NCBI GenBank assembly: GCA_963664325.2
Contig: CAXXDQ010000003.1
Location: 448,001-512,000 of the forward strand
Length of the DNA: 64,000 nt
Reading direction: 5' to 3'
DNA from: Desulfomonilia bacterium
GTDB taxonomy: Bacteria > Desulfobacterota > Desulfomonilia > UBA1062
Under the pieces are notes generated by a model, which was not told the origin of the DNA, ran no database searches, and saw nothing but the letters and a program-made list of their open reading frames with translations. The translations under genes were made by a program, and so were the position numbers. Position 1 is the first letter of the stretch. Each line of letters begins with the position of its first letter. Below are positions 10,967 to 21,888 of the stretch, piece after piece.

Positions 10967-13207
10967 TCAGCTAAACCTCACTATGGTCTTTAATCCGCCG
11001 CTGTCTTCCGGCAGGGCATCGTGAAACCCTTTTACATTTGATATCTGCCTCAGATAATCCCTGACAGCCTTCTTAAGTATCCCTGATCCGCTGCCGTGAA
11101 TGATTTCAAGCGTTTCCTGGCCCGAGAGGATTGCGTTGTCTACAGCCTTTTCGATCACGGGGAGTGCCTCATCAACCCTCATTCCGACAATAATAACGGG
11201 AAGCACTGTCGGTGCAAATGATTTTACGTATCCGGATCTAATAATCTGATCTGTTTCGTCGCTTACGGGTTCGATTTGATCAATGTTTACAGTGATCCGT
11301 TTGGAACCGCAGGCTATCTCCGCGATTTCAGGTTCAAGGGATGTTATTATACCCGAGACATTTGTATCTATAAGCCTGACCTTCATGCCCTTTGAAAAAC
11401 CGAATACAGAAGACGCCTGTTCAGGCAGATCAATTAAAGTTTCCCTAAGTTCTTGCGCTTCGGGGAATTCTTTTACCGTCTGGAACTCGTTTTTTGAAGG
11501 TTTGTTCAAAATATTCTCGAGTCTTTCCATGAGCCTTTTGTATTTCAAGGCATATTCAAAACGCTCTTTTTCCTGCAATTTAATTTCTTTTTCAGCGGCC
11601 TCTTTGATTTTGTCAGCTTCTTCAAGCGCCTTTTGTGCCTCATGCCTTAATTTTGAAGCCATGCCGATATCTTCTATCGCTTTCATAAGGCTGTTATTTT
11701 TGTCGCCGGCTATAATTCCTGTGGCCGTATCAATAAGCACATCGGGAAATGAAACGGATCTGAGTATCTCGAAAGCCCTGCTTGAGCCTATTTGCCCGTA
11801 TTGAAAGGAGTAAAGAGGTTTAAGCGTTTTTTCGTCAAAGGACATTGAAGCAAGTTGCATATCAGGCTGGGACAGACCGTATAGTTTAACAGTCTCCGAA
11901 TGTGAAGTGACAACCACAGTTGCCCCTTTTTTCCTGAAGGCATCTATACAGGCAACCGCAATTGCCCCCCCGTGGTCATGGTCGGTCCCTGTTCCGGGTT
12001 CATCAAGCAAGACGATATCTCCTGGTCCGACATTTTCGTATATGGTTTTCAAGGACTCTACATGTGCGGTGAATGTTGAAAGCCCATGTGAAATGTCCTG
12101 TGATGTGTCCATCTCGACTAGAACCTTGTTGACACGCGGCAGAATGGAGCCTTTGTCTGCTGGAATGGGCAGGCCGCTTTTTGCCATAAGGACAAGAAGA
12201 CCAAGTGTTTTAAGCGCAACAGTTTTTCCCCCGGCATTCGGGCCCGTTATTATCAGACAGTTTTTATCTCCATGAAGCTTAATGTCAAGGGGTATGCAAG
12301 AACTGCCGAGGCGCTCAAGCAAGGCGGGATGCCTTGAATTAACCAGGCTGATTTCGTTACCAAGCCTGGGAATGGAGCTTTTTGAACTGATAGACCATCT
12401 GGCAACGGCCTGCAAAACATCCAACCGGGCAAAGATTGATATGCCTCTCTTGATGTTGCCTGATTCGCGGATTACCTGGGTTGTCAGGTGCCTGAGCACC
12501 CTTTCTTCTTCTTCCCTGATCCCTGATTTTAATTCTATCAGTGAGTTGTTGTCTTCTACGACTTCGAACGGTTCCACATAAACGGAGTGCCGGGAACCTG
12601 AATAATCATGGGTGATGCCTTTTATATGGGTACCGAAATCTTGTCTGAGCGGAATGACGAATCTGTTGTTTCTCAGGGTGATGATTTCCTCTGTTACAAT
12701 ATGCCTCAGTCTCGAAATGATACTTTCCAGCTTTTCCAGGACGGTCTGGCGCAATGACCGGTACTTTATTTTTAGCTGCTTTAAAACCGGGTTTTTCAGA
12801 TCTGAAACCTCGCCTGTCGGGAGGAGGGAGTTTTCGATTTCTTTTATCAGCAGGTCGGGTATCAATATTTCATCAGCCAGTTCGGAGAGGTATTCCTCTT
12901 TGCCAAGCTGGGATTTGAGACTGCATATTTCTTTTAATGTCGAAGACACTTTTAGCAGATCCTGACCTTCAAAGATGGTTCCTTCCTTCATTTCAAGCAG
13001 TGCGCTGATGTCTGCAATGGGATTGATGCTGATCTTGCTGCTATTTATCAGATCAGTCATCTCAGTAATAAGTTTCCATTGGGTAATTGCATCATCCCAG
13101 GAATCATACGGGCAGAGACTTTCCAATGCATTCAATCCTGCATCGGAAACGATATTGTTTTTTATATAGCCCTTAACGGAATTAAACTCTAAAAGGTCAC
13201 CCTTCAT
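10967..13207 (-). CDS. mutS2: Endonuclease MutS2
   Basis: ITGPNAGGKT Walker A, LSTFTAH, LLDEPGTGTD, C-terminal Smr domain (IIHGSGSGIL). Confidence 0.92.
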   Translation of the reverse strand: MKGDLLEFNSVKGYIKNNIVSDAGLNALESLCPYDSWDDAITQWKLITEMTDLINSSKISINPIADISALLEMKEGTIFEGQDLLKVSSTLKEICSLKSQLGKEEYLSELADEILIPDLLIKEIENSLLPTGEVSDLKNPVLKQLKIKYRSLRQTVLEKLESIISRLRHIVTEEIITLRNNRFVIPLRQDFGTHIKGITHDYSGSRHSVYVEPFEVVEDNNSLIELKSGIREEEERVLRHLTTQVIRESGNIKRGISIFARLDVLQAVARWSISSKSSIPRLGNEISLVNSRHPALLERLGSSCIPLDIKLHGDKNCLIITGPNAGGKTVALKTLGLLVLMAKSGLPIPADKGSILPRVNKVLVEMDTSQDISHGLSTFTAHVESLKTIYENVGPGDIVLLDEPGTGTDHDHGGAIAVACIDAFRKKGATVVVTSHSETVKLYGLSQPDMQLASMSFDEKTLKPLYSFQYGQIGSSRAFEILRSVSFPDVLIDTATGIIAGDKNNSLMKAIEDIGMASKLRHEAQKALEEADKIKEAAEKEIKLQEKERFEYALKYKRLMERLENILNKPSKNEFQTVKEFPEAQELRETLIDLPEQASSVFGFSKGMKVRLIDTNVSGIITSLEPEIAEIACGSKRITVNIDQIEPVSDETDQIIRSGYVKSFAPTVLPVIIVGMRVDEALPVIEKAVDNAILSGQETLEIIHGSGSGILKKAVRDYLRQISNVKGFHDALPEDSGGLKTIVRFS

Positions 13208-13250
13208 CTGTACATTTATCGGAAATGGTTTTTAAAAAACTATCGGCTGG

Positions 13251-13691
13251 TTACGAAAGTCTGCTGTTAACTAGGTTGTTTACCTTCTTGCCATCAGCCC
13301 TTCCGGCTGTTCTTGAAAGGACAAGCTTCATTACCTTGCCCATATCTTTTTTCGTGGCGCCTGTTTCTGCAATTACAGAATCTATGAGAGCCGTCAGTTC
13401 ATCATCACTGATTTCAGATGGAAGATAGGTCTTTAAGATATCAAGTTTCAGACGCTCGATTTCGGCCAGGTCTGTCCTGCCTGCAGCACCAAACTGTTCA
13501 TATGACTCGTTCACCTGCTTGATTTCCGTGCGCAGGACTCCAGTTGCTTCCTGGTCATCAAGTGGCTTTCTCAGTGCAATTTCCTTGTTCTTAATTGCAC
13601 TTAAAAGAACCCTCAGGCAGGATACTTTTTCCTTGTCTCCTGCCTTCAGGGCATCGGTCATATCTTTTTTTAGTTTTTCAGTCAGCATCAA
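13251..13691 (-). CDS. yqeY: GatB/YqeY domain protein
   Basis: [20 protein letters not shown]; directly follows rpsU. Confidence 0.9.
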   Translation of the reverse strand: MMLTEKLKKDMTDALKAGDKEKVSCLRVLLSAIKNKEIALRKPLDDQEATGVLRTEIKQVNESYEQFGAAGRTDLAEIERLKLDILKTYLPSEISDDELTALIDSVIAETGATKKDMGKVMKLVLSRTAGRADGKKVNNLVNSRLS

Positions 13692-13891
13692 TAGAACGAC
13701 CTTACTTTCTGCATTCTTTTGACTGCACGTTTACGTGCAGCTATAGCCTTGCGTTTTCTCTTAACGCTTGGTTTTTCGTAAAACTCGCGCTTGCGGACTT
13801 CTGAGAGGACTCCCGCTTTTTCAACCTGTTTTTTAAATCTTTTTACAGCACTTTCAAATGGTTCGGTATCTCTGATTCTGATTCCGGGCAT
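13688..13891 (-). CDS. rpsU: 30S ribosomal protein S21
   Basis: [37 protein letters not shown]. Confidence 0.98.
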   Translation of the reverse strand: MPGIRIRDTEPFESAVKRFKKQVEKAGVLSEVRKREFYEKPSVKRKRKAIAARKRAVKRMQKVRSFY

Positions 13892-13986
13892 GAATTAAAA
13901 ACACCCCCTCTCCAATGCGTGTCTTTTAAAAGATTAGTTCTTATATAAGATGGCATAGTGGGTGTCAAGGATGAATCATCCTTTCT

Positions 13987-15282
13987 TCAGCGCTGCAGCC
14001 ATTCGGAAATGAGTTTGAGTGCCGTATCTCGTATGGCGGTCTTCCTGTCTTTTTTGGGAATATCCGGAACAGGAATAATGCCGTAATTTATATTCATGGG
14101 TTGAAAATTTGTTATTGCCGTATCAGTTATATGGTTAATTAACGCCCCTGTTGCCGTCTCAGGGGGAGGGGGAGAAAATGATCTGCCTGTAATTTTTGCC
14201 ATCATGGACAGTCCGGCAATTATTCCGGAGCATGCCGATTCCATGTAACCTTCAACGCCAGTAAGCTGGCCTGCAACTATAATGTTTGAATGTCCGTGCA
14301 TGCTCAGGTCTTTATCGAGAACCCTTGGTGAGTCAATGAATGTGTTCCTGTGGATTGAGCCGTACCTGAGGAATATGGCATCGGCAAGCCCCGGCAGTAG
14401 CCTGAATACCTTGTCCTGTCCGGGATAGCTTAATCGCGTCTGAAAGCCCACCATATTGAAGGCATCACCCTTCAGGGTTTCCTTTCTGAGTTGAACAACC
14501 GCATGAGGCCTTACCCCGGTCTTTGGGTTTTTGATTCCGACTGGTCTCATCGGCCCGAACCTGAGGCTTTGAGCTCCACGCTCAGCAATGATTTCAATGG
14601 GAAGACATCCTTCAAAATATTTCTTATCCTCAAAAGCATGCGGGATGACACGATCTGTTTTGAGCAGTTCGTCCAGAAACATGTCATATTCTGCTTTGTT
14701 TAAGGGACAGTTGATATAATCGCTTCCATCTTCCGACCATCTGGAACCGAAAAACGCTTTTGTCATATCTATGCTTTTCGCGTCGATTATCGGGGCAATG
14801 GCGTCATGGAAAAACATCCTGTCTGAACCTGTCAGGTTCGTAATGTCTTCTACAAGCGCATCCGATGTGAGAGGGCCGGTTGCAATAATGCAGTTTCTAT
14901 CAAGAGGAACTGATTTAACCTCTGAGTGTTTTACTGTGATAAACGGGCTGGAATCAATTGCACCGGTGACAAAGGCTGCAAATTTATTTCTGTCAACGGC
15001 CAGAGCTTTTCCAGCTGGAACCCTTGTTTGCAAGGCTGCTTTAATTACAATGGAATTCATGATTTGCATTTCAGCCTTCAGCAGTCCATGGGCGGTAAGA
15101 GGGTCGGTGCCTTTAAGCGAATTACTGCATACAAGTTCGGCAAGCATACCGCTCGAATGGGCTCCGGTCATTTTATGAGGACGCATTTCGAACAGATCAA
15201 CGTTGATACCGTTTTGAGAGAGAATCCATGCAGCCTCACAGCCTGCCAGGCCGCCGCCGATTACAAGAACGGTATCACTCAT
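13987..15282 (-). CDS. trmFO: Folate/FAD-dependent tRNA m5U54 methyltransferase
   Basis: Start moved to ATG 15282 (MSDTVLVIGGGLAGCEAA); AELVCSNSL, VGFQTRL, AGQLTGVEGY; follows topA. Confidence 0.95.
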   Translation of the reverse strand: MSDTVLVIGGGLAGCEAAWILSQNGINVDLFEMRPHKMTGAHSSGMLAELVCSNSLKGTDPLTAHGLLKAEMQIMNSIVIKAALQTRVPAGKALAVDRNKFAAFVTGAIDSSPFITVKHSEVKSVPLDRNCIIATGPLTSDALVEDITNLTGSDRMFFHDAIAPIIDAKSIDMTKAFFGSRWSEDGSDYINCPLNKAEYDMFLDELLKTDRVIPHAFEDKKYFEGCLPIEIIAERGAQSLRFGPMRPVGIKNPKTGVRPHAVVQLRKETLKGDAFNMVGFQTRLSYPGQDKVFRLLPGLADAIFLRYGSIHRNTFIDSPRVLDKDLSMHGHSNIIVAGQLTGVEGYMESACSGIIAGLSMMAKITGRSFSPPPPETATGALINHITDTAITNFQPMNINYGIIPVPDIPKKDRKTAIRDTALKLISEWLQR

Positions 15283-17614
15283 TTTCCTTGTGTTCGCAAT
15301 CGGGATTGGGACAGGCGAGCTGCTTTCCTTTTTTGATGAGGAACATGGCCCTGCAGACAGGACACTTTTTATCCACAGGTTTTGTCCAGCAGAGGAATTT
15401 ACAGTCTTTGGTTGTGCATGAATAGAATGATTTGCCTTTTTTTGACCTGTTCTGTCGGATTTCACCCGGGCAGCCCGGCATCGGACATTTTAGACCCAGG
15501 GTAATCGGTGTGATGTTTTTGCAGGCCGGATAACCGCTGCAGGCAAGGAAAGGTCCGAATCTTCCCCGTTTGAGAATCATTGGAGAGCCGCATTTTTCGC
15601 ATTTCCTCTCAGTTATCTCATCTTTTTTGACAGGTCTTGTGTTTTTACATTTCGGGTAATTGCTGCATGCCAGGAATACCCCGAAGCGGCCCTTTTTCAT
15701 TATCATGAAGGCGCCGCATTTTTCGCATTTTTCTTCCGTGGTTTCATCTGGAAGTGTCTCTTTTGAAAGGATATTTCCTGTTGTGTCTCTTACATATTCC
15801 TTTGTGTTGGAGCAGTTCGGATACCCTGAACATCCCAGAAAATAGCCGTTTTTGCCAAGCTTTATCATCATTTCCTTTCCGCATGTCTCACACATGATGC
15901 CTGAAGGGCGATGTCCTGTCTTGATGTTCTCCATCTCCTTTAGGGCTTTTTCGTGTTCCCCGTTATAAGTGGAAAAGAAATTTTCCATTGTGTTCACATA
16001 ACTATCCTTGCCTTCCTCAATCTCATCCAGTTCGTCTTCCATTTTTGCAGTAAAACCCACATCAAGGATGTTCGGATAATGTTTGACAAGAAGTCTGTTA
16101 ACATCACGGCCGAGTTCAGTAGGCATGAATGCACCGCTTTCAATTATTACATAGCCCCTGTCCTGTATTGTCGAGATAATGGGTGCATAAGTACTCGGTC
16201 TGCCGATACCTTTTTCATCTAGTTCTTTTATAAGGCTTGCCTCGTTGTATTTTGCTGGCGGCTGGGTGAAATGCTGCTTGGGGTCAATCGAAAGAAGCTT
16301 GAGTTTGTCGCCTTCTTTGAGACCTTCAGGCAAAATCCCTTCATCTTCTTCGTCCTGCATCTTGTAGGCTTTCAGGAAACCCTCAAATTTCAGAACTGAG
16401 CCTGTGGCTCGCAGGCCTACTCCATTGGATGTGAAATCAATTGAGGTCTGCTCGAACACGGCACTCTTCATCTGGGAAGCGACAAAACGCTTAAAGATAA
16501 GATCATAAAGAGCAAACTGGTCTTTGCTGAGATAAGATTTTATTGATTCAGGGTTGTTTTCAAGGGTTGCGGGTCTAATGGCTTCGTGTGCTTGCTGAGC
16601 GGATTTCTTAGCCTTGTAATGTACAGGTTTTTCCGGAAGGAAGTCTTTTCCAAATGTGACTGGTATGAAGTCCCGGACCTGGCTTAGGGCATCTTTCGAA
16701 ACAACCGGTGAGTCGGTCCTCATATACGTGATAAGTCCTGACATGTCACCTGTTTTCCCGATAGCGATTCCCTCATAAAGCTGTTGGGCAATGAGCATGG
16801 TTTTTTTAGAGGAAAACCTGAGTCTTCGTGATGCCTCCTGCTGTAGGGTGGACGTTATGAAAGGCGGCAGCGGGTTGCGGGAACGCGCTTTTTTCTTGTA
16901 ATCTTTGATTATCGCCTCTCCGGCTGACTGAATCTTTTTTGCAATAGATTTGGAGGTTTTTTCATCAGGGATATTTTTAGGCTCAATGACCTTGGCCTTT
17001 ATTTCCTGTCCCGAATCTGTCTTCAGAGATACTTCAATGGTCCAGTACTCAACAGATTTGAAGGCTTCGATCTCATCCTGGCGTTCGCATATAAGCCTTA
17101 CTGCAACAGACTGAACCCTGCCGCCGGACAGTCCCCGTTTGACTTTACGCCAGAGAAGGGGGCTCATCGTATAGCCCACGATCCTGTCCATGGACCGCCT
17201 TGCCATCTGGGCGTCATACAGATTTTTATCCAGCGTTTTTGGGCTTGCCACGGCTTCTTCAATGGCTTTTTTTGTTATCTCATGAAAAATTATACGGCTG
17301 ATTTTCTTATCGGGACCCGCCAGCTCTTCAGCAATATGCCAGGCGATTGCCTCTCCTTCACGGTCAGGGTCGCTTGCAAGGAATATATGGTTTGTTTTTC
17401 CCGCCGCTGTTATAAGTCTTTTGACGACTTCCTTTTTTTCAGGTTTGATGCTGTATGAAGGCGAAAAACCGCCTTTTATGTCGACGCCCATCGTTGTCTT
17501 TGGCAGGTCCTTTATATGTCCCATGGTTGCTTCAACCTCGAAATTCTTGCCCAGAAAACGCTTGATGGTCTTTGCCTTCGTAGGCGACTCAACAATAACA
17601 AGAGCTTTAGCCAT
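15275..17614 (-). CDS. topA: DNA topoisomerase I
   Basis: LVIVESPTKAKTI, ASDPDREGEAI, GRVQS, ITYMRTDS catalytic Tyr, repeated C-terminal C4 zinc ribbons. Confidence 0.98.
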   Translation of the reverse strand: MAKALVIVESPTKAKTIKRFLGKNFEVEATMGHIKDLPKTTMGVDIKGGFSPSYSIKPEKKEVVKRLITAAGKTNHIFLASDPDREGEAIAWHIAEELAGPDKKISRIIFHEITKKAIEEAVASPKTLDKNLYDAQMARRSMDRIVGYTMSPLLWRKVKRGLSGGRVQSVAVRLICERQDEIEAFKSVEYWTIEVSLKTDSGQEIKAKVIEPKNIPDEKTSKSIAKKIQSAGEAIIKDYKKKARSRNPLPPFITSTLQQEASRRLRFSSKKTMLIAQQLYEGIAIGKTGDMSGLITYMRTDSPVVSKDALSQVRDFIPVTFGKDFLPEKPVHYKAKKSAQQAHEAIRPATLENNPESIKSYLSKDQFALYDLIFKRFVASQMKSAVFEQTSIDFTSNGVGLRATGSVLKFEGFLKAYKMQDEEDEGILPEGLKEGDKLKLLSIDPKQHFTQPPAKYNEASLIKELDEKGIGRPSTYAPIISTIQDRGYVIIESGAFMPTELGRDVNRLLVKHYPNILDVGFTAKMEDELDEIEEGKDSYVNTMENFFSTYNGEHEKALKEMENIKTGHRPSGIMCETCGKEMMIKLGKNGYFLGCSGYPNCSNTKEYVRDTTGNILSKETLPDETTEEKCEKCGAFMIMKKGRFGVFLACSNYPKCKNTRPVKKDEITERKCEKCGSPMILKRGRFGPFLACSGYPACKNITPITLGLKCPMPGCPGEIRQNRSKKGKSFYSCTTKDCKFLCWTKPVDKKCPVCRAMFLIKKGKQLACPNPDCEHKENE

Positions 17615-18689
17615 TTCTTCTCCTTATTGAATATCTGCCACCATCTACCCTGGAAACCAATCCTTCAAGTTCCAGCATGGTCATATCTCTTAAAACGACA
17701 GCTACATCTTCTTTGAGTTCAGATGCCGCTTCATCTATACTCATCGGGCGGGCAGCCAGAAACTCAAGCAACTTGTTTGCAGCTTCAGGAACATTGCCTT
17801 CCAGCTTCGCTTTCATTTGCGGTGCAATTTCAGCCACGACGTCCTCCGCATCCTCAATGAGCACAGCCCCCTGGCGGATAAGGCTGTGCGGTCCTTTTGA
17901 ACGTATGTTGGTGACAGCTCCCGGAACAGCCATACAGGTCCTCCCCTGTTCCGCAGCGAGCCTTGCCGTTATCATTGCGCCTGAATTAAGCGTAGCCTCT
18001 ACAACTATCGTACAATCTGAAAGACCAGATATAACACGGTTTCTCTTTGGGAAATTTTCCGGCCTGGGGTCTGTGCCTGGACTGTATTCGGTTATGATCG
18101 CGCCATTACGTGAAATTCTTTCTGCAAGGCCCTTGTTTTCCGGGGGATAGATTTTATCAAGTCCTGAACCCAGCACCGCTATTGTCCCTGATACGCCTTC
18201 AAGTGCGCCAAGGTGAGCCTGTGTATCTATGCCGCGAGCCATGCCTGATACGACGGATATTCCTTTCAGGCTCAGATCCCTGGCCAGGGAGAATGAAGTT
18301 TCCTTTCCGTAATGCGACGGTGCCCTTGTACCTACAATTGCCGCCGCAGGTTCAATATCATTCATATTCCCGATTACGTAAAGGAGCATGGGGGGATCCG
18401 ATATTTGCCTGAGCAGCGATGGATATTCGGAATCATTCAGAACAACAGTATGGGCATTGATTTCTCTCAGTATATTCAGGGCGTTCCTGACAGAAGATGG
18501 TTCCGGCCCTTTTGTCAGGGCCTCGATCTGCGATTTTTTCAGGAAATCGACAGAACGTATATTGACAGGTTTGAGACCGAGGACTCTTTCGGCTGATCCG
18601 AAACATTCTATGAGTTTTGAAAGGCTCGCAGGGCCTAAACCCGGAACCAGACTCAGGGCGATCAGATCTTCATGGATTTGATTTGCCAT
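17607..18689 (-). CDS. dprA: DNA-processing protein DprA
   Basis: AIVGTR, VVSGMARGIDT, FPKRNRVISGL, VVEA; usual position upstream of topA. Confidence 0.95.
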   Translation of the reverse strand: MANQIHEDLIALSLVPGLGPASLSKLIECFGSAERVLGLKPVNIRSVDFLKKSQIEALTKGPEPSSVRNALNILREINAHTVVLNDSEYPSLLRQISDPPMLLYVIGNMNDIEPAAAIVGTRAPSHYGKETSFSLARDLSLKGISVVSGMARGIDTQAHLGALEGVSGTIAVLGSGLDKIYPPENKGLAERISRNGAIITEYSPGTDPRPENFPKRNRVISGLSDCTIVVEATLNSGAMITARLAAEQGRTCMAVPGAVTNIRSKGPHSLIRQGAVLIEDAEDVVAEIAPQMKAKLEGNVPEAANKLLEFLAARPMSIDEAASELKEDVAVVLRDMTMLELEGLVSRVDGGRYSIRRRNG

Positions 18690-18778
18690 AACGGTCTTCG
18701 GGGTACAGTAAAGGAATAGGGGGTGTCAAGCCTGTTTGTGTGATATCAAATCCTATTGTGTGAAATATGCCATTGATA

Positions 18779-19921
18779 TTAAGGTGTTCTGAAATCAAAT
18801 ATCCTAAGGGTCCCGTTAAGGTAGTTGCATGTCCATAATTCGGTGATGCCGTTATCCTCATAAATATCAATTCCTACCGGGTGTTCCGATGATTCCCATG
18901 CACCTAGTAGTCTAAGGTCTGAAGCTGAAAATACCTGCATGATGTTGGAATAGTAGCATACCAGGAAAACGTATTTGCCGTCTTTAGAAAGAACAGCAGT
19001 CCTTGGAGATTTGCCTGTTTCCGCCTGTGCCTCAACTTTCCTTCTCCGTGTATCAATCTTGATCAGTCTGGATTCGGAGTTTAATGTAACATAAAGATAT
19101 TTGCCATCGGTTACCACATGCCGTGGATTAGTGCCTGCAGTAATATCGGCGGTCCTCTTCATTCCTTCTATGTCGACAACACAGATTCCGTTGCCACCCG
19201 TCAATGCGAGATAAAGCATTTTTGAATCCGGGGAGACAGCAAGCCCTCTCGGGATAGTATCTGTACTGATATCTTGGACTTTTTTCCAGTCAGCTGGATT
19301 GCTTGAATTTATTGTAATTACACTCACACTATTTGAATGCCAGTTGGAAACGAAAACATATTTTCCATCGGGGCTTGCCGTTACAACCTTCGGCGTCTTG
19401 CCCGTCCGGATAAACAAAAGACGTATTTGTCTGACAGTCGGTTTTTCTTCGCCGGTGCCAAAGTCGCAAAGTTTCACCGTCTTGCTAGACCTGCCCGGGC
19501 AATAAGTTTCACCGCCGTTTAAATCCCATATGACCACGCCTCCCGCATTATGCAGGGAAATCCAGAGATATCGCCCGCCATGTGTAAGGGCTGCTTCTAC
19601 AGGCTTTTCCTCAAATGAATCAATGAAAACTTTTTTATCGTAATCGAAGCCCTTTCCCTTTGTAGGAATGAAAGAAAGTTTTCTCAGGATCTTTCTTGAT
19701 TTACGGTCAAACTCATACACGCTCATGCCTTCAAGGTTCATTGAATAAACCCTGGAGCCGTCCGGACTTATGAGGATGGATTTAACGCCGTATGTTGCAC
19801 TGACAGTTTCGGTACTCTCAAACTGAAGCAGCGGAGTATTGTCTTCGGCAACCGCAGTTGAGGATAAAATGTAAAAGATAAGACATAGGACAATCAATGA
19901 AAAATGATTAGCTTTAATCAC
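18779..19921 (-). CDS. Secreted YVTN/YncE-type beta-propeller protein
   Basis: Repeated P-x-x-(V/L)-x-x-SPDG blades; signal-peptide-like HFSLIVLCLIFYILSSTAVA. Start moved to GTG 19921 (GTGA overlap with the DMT stop, GAGGCGG upstream). Confidence 0.8.
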   Translation of the reverse strand: MIKANHFSLIVLCLIFYILSSTAVAEDNTPLLQFESTETVSATYGVKSILISPDGSRVYSMNLEGMSVYEFDRKSRKILRKLSFIPTKGKGFDYDKKVFIDSFEEKPVEAALTHGGRYLWISLHNAGGVVIWDLNGGETYCPGRSSKTVKLCDFGTGEEKPTVRQIRLLFIRTGKTPKVVTASPDGKYVFVSNWHSNSVSVITINSSNPADWKKVQDISTDTIPRGLAVSPDSKMLYLALTGGNGICVVDIEGMKRTADITAGTNPRHVVTDGKYLYVTLNSESRLIKIDTRRRKVEAQAETGKSPRTAVLSKDGKYVFLVCYYSNIMQVFSASDLRLLGAWESSEHPVGIDIYEDNGITELWTCNYLNGTLRIFDFRTP

Positions 19922-20841
19922 GACCGCCTCGATGAAAATATTGCGCTGAGCTGGGATATCAGCATTCCGGAAAGCATAAGAATGCAGCCGAAAATGTCTC
20001 TTATCCCGAGATGTTCTTCCAGAAGCATCCATCCGCCCAAAGCGGCGAATAATGTCTCAAGGCTCATAATTATAGCTGCATGTGCAGGGTTGGCTTTTTC
20101 CTGGACTACTACCTGAATGGTGAAGGCAATGCCTGCCGACATGAAGCCGCCATACAGGATCGGCCACATGGCGCCTTGAATGCCGGATAGTGTTATTTTT
20201 TCCAAAACCAGAGCCGACAGAAGACTGAGAGCGGATGCTATTGCAAACTGGAGGAAGGCGAGCTTTATGGGGCCGACCCGGGATGAAAATATTCCCACTA
20301 GAGTAATATGTATTGCCCAGAACAAAGCACTTGCAAGCACCAGCATATCACCGAGATTGATTGAGAGGTTCTCTTTTATGCTCAAGAAATAAAGGCCGGC
20401 CACGGCCAGAACCGCGCCAATCCAGGTTCCTTTTCCTATTTTGCGGCCCCAGAAATAATTTATAATAGGAACCAGGACGACATAAAGGCCGGTGATAAAT
20501 CCCGCCTTGCCCGCAGTTGTATAGACCATTCCCCACTGCTGGAAGCCGGATGCCACGAACAATACAATACCGCAGCAGATTCCGCCGAATAATATGCCTT
20601 TAATCCCGGCCCTTTCTCTGATGGCAGGGGATAAGGCGGACTGTTCATTCCTTTGTTTCATATTTATAAGCAGCAGAGGAACAAGGCTTAAGGCGCCAAG
20701 TGCAAAGCGGCAGGCGTTATAAAGCATGGGGCCGACATATTCCATGCCCTTTCTTTGAGCGACGAACGCAAATCCCCAGATTGCTGCGGCAACGAGCAGC
20801 ATTAAATCGTTTCGCACATTATGGCTTTCTTTATTTATCAA
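19918..20841 (-). CDS. DMT/EamA family transporter
   Basis: IWGFAFVAQ, KAGFITGLYVVLVP, AAIIMSLETLFA; about 10 hydrophobic segments. Confidence 0.92.
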   Translation of the reverse strand: MINKESHNVRNDLMLLVAAAIWGFAFVAQRKGMEYVGPMLYNACRFALGALSLVPLLLINMKQRNEQSALSPAIRERAGIKGILFGGICCGIVLFVASGFQQWGMVYTTAGKAGFITGLYVVLVPIINYFWGRKIGKGTWIGAVLAVAGLYFLSIKENLSINLGDMLVLASALFWAIHITLVGIFSSRVGPIKLAFLQFAIASALSLLSALVLEKITLSGIQGAMWPILYGGFMSAGIAFTIQVVVQEKANPAHAAIIMSLETLFAALGGWMLLEEHLGIRDIFGCILMLSGMLISQLSAIFSSRRS

Positions 20842-20843
20842 AA

Positions 20844-21779
20844 TCAGCCCCTGAAGAATTCCTTAACAAGACGTGTAAATTCTAAATTATCATCCACCAT
20901 GCATACTTTCTGCCTGAAAGCTGCAGAACCCTGCATGCCCTTGACATATTGAGATATAAACTTCCTCATGTAACGGGTGGCCTTCTGTTGCCCGAAGTAT
21001 GAACACAGCATGTCAAGGTGCTCAATGATTACCCCGCATTTTTCATCCGGGCCCGGAGAGGCATTCCCTGAAAGTTCGCTGAATATCCAGGGCCTGCCTA
21101 TCGCTGCCCTGCCTATCATGAAAGCGTCTGCCCCGATTGATTCAAGCCTGACAATATCTTCGCTCTGTTTAATATCACCGCTTGCTATTACGGGCACATT
21201 GAGAACAGCTTTGAGCTTTTCAAGCATCTTCCAGGAGGGGGCGTTCCTGTACATGTCGGAGCGTGTTCTCGGATGGAGTATAACAGCAGATGCACCTTCA
21301 TCAACAAGTTTTGATGCGAGCTCATCAGCATTCAGGCAGTCAGAATCCCAGCCCGAACGCATCTTTACGCTTACAGGGATTTTGACCGCTCTGCATATTT
21401 CCCGTACAATCTTGAGTGCCGTTTGATGAGCTTTCATCAGTGCGGCACCTGCGCCTTTCAAAACGACCTTCCTTACAGGACATCCCATATTTATGTCGAT
21501 GCCGTCAAAACCCCTGCTTTCCAGTATCCTTGACGCATGAGCCATTTCATCCGGATCGGAACCGAAAATCTGGGCAACCAGCGGCCTGTCATCCTCAGGC
21601 CGTTCGAGAAGCATTCTTGTATTCCGGTCGTTCCTGATAATGCCTGTCGCGCTGAGCATTTCCGTATATGCTAGCTCTGCCCCGTATCTCCGGCACAACA
21701 TGCGCATGGGATAATTCGTGTAGCCCGATAAAGGTGCAAGGAACAGCCTGTTATCAAATCTGATATTGTAAATCTGCAT
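20844..21779 (-). CDS. dusB: tRNA dihydrouridine synthase (DusB type)
   Basis: LAPLSG, IDINMGCPV, LHPRTR, ASGDI, MIGRAAIGRPWIF. Confidence 0.9.
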   Translation of the reverse strand: MQIYNIRFDNRLFLAPLSGYTNYPMRMLCRRYGAELAYTEMLSATGIIRNDRNTRMLLERPEDDRPLVAQIFGSDPDEMAHASRILESRGFDGIDINMGCPVRKVVLKGAGAALMKAHQTALKIVREICRAVKIPVSVKMRSGWDSDCLNADELASKLVDEGASAVILHPRTRSDMYRNAPSWKMLEKLKAVLNVPVIASGDIKQSEDIVRLESIGADAFMIGRAAIGRPWIFSELSGNASPGPDEKCGVIIEHLDMLCSYFGQQKATRYMRKFISQYVKGMQGSAAFRQKVCMVDDNLEFTRLVKEFFRG

Positions 21780-21888
21780 TGCGGCAATATATCTTCATGC
21801 TAAAAATACCGCAATCGAGAACTCCTTGAATCATCTGTACAAAAACATTTGTAAAGGCTACATAGGGAAAAAATTTCAAGGAGACAAT

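Noticed and set aside
13208-13250. GCCGATAG and TCCGATAA motifs upstream of mutS2 as a sigma28 promoter
   Set aside because: Neither has a TAAAG/TCAAG-like -35 box at 14-nt spacing.
15283-15465. N-terminal extension of TrmFO in the ORF track
   Set aside because: It overlaps the topA zinc ribbons; the family N-terminus begins at ATG 15282.
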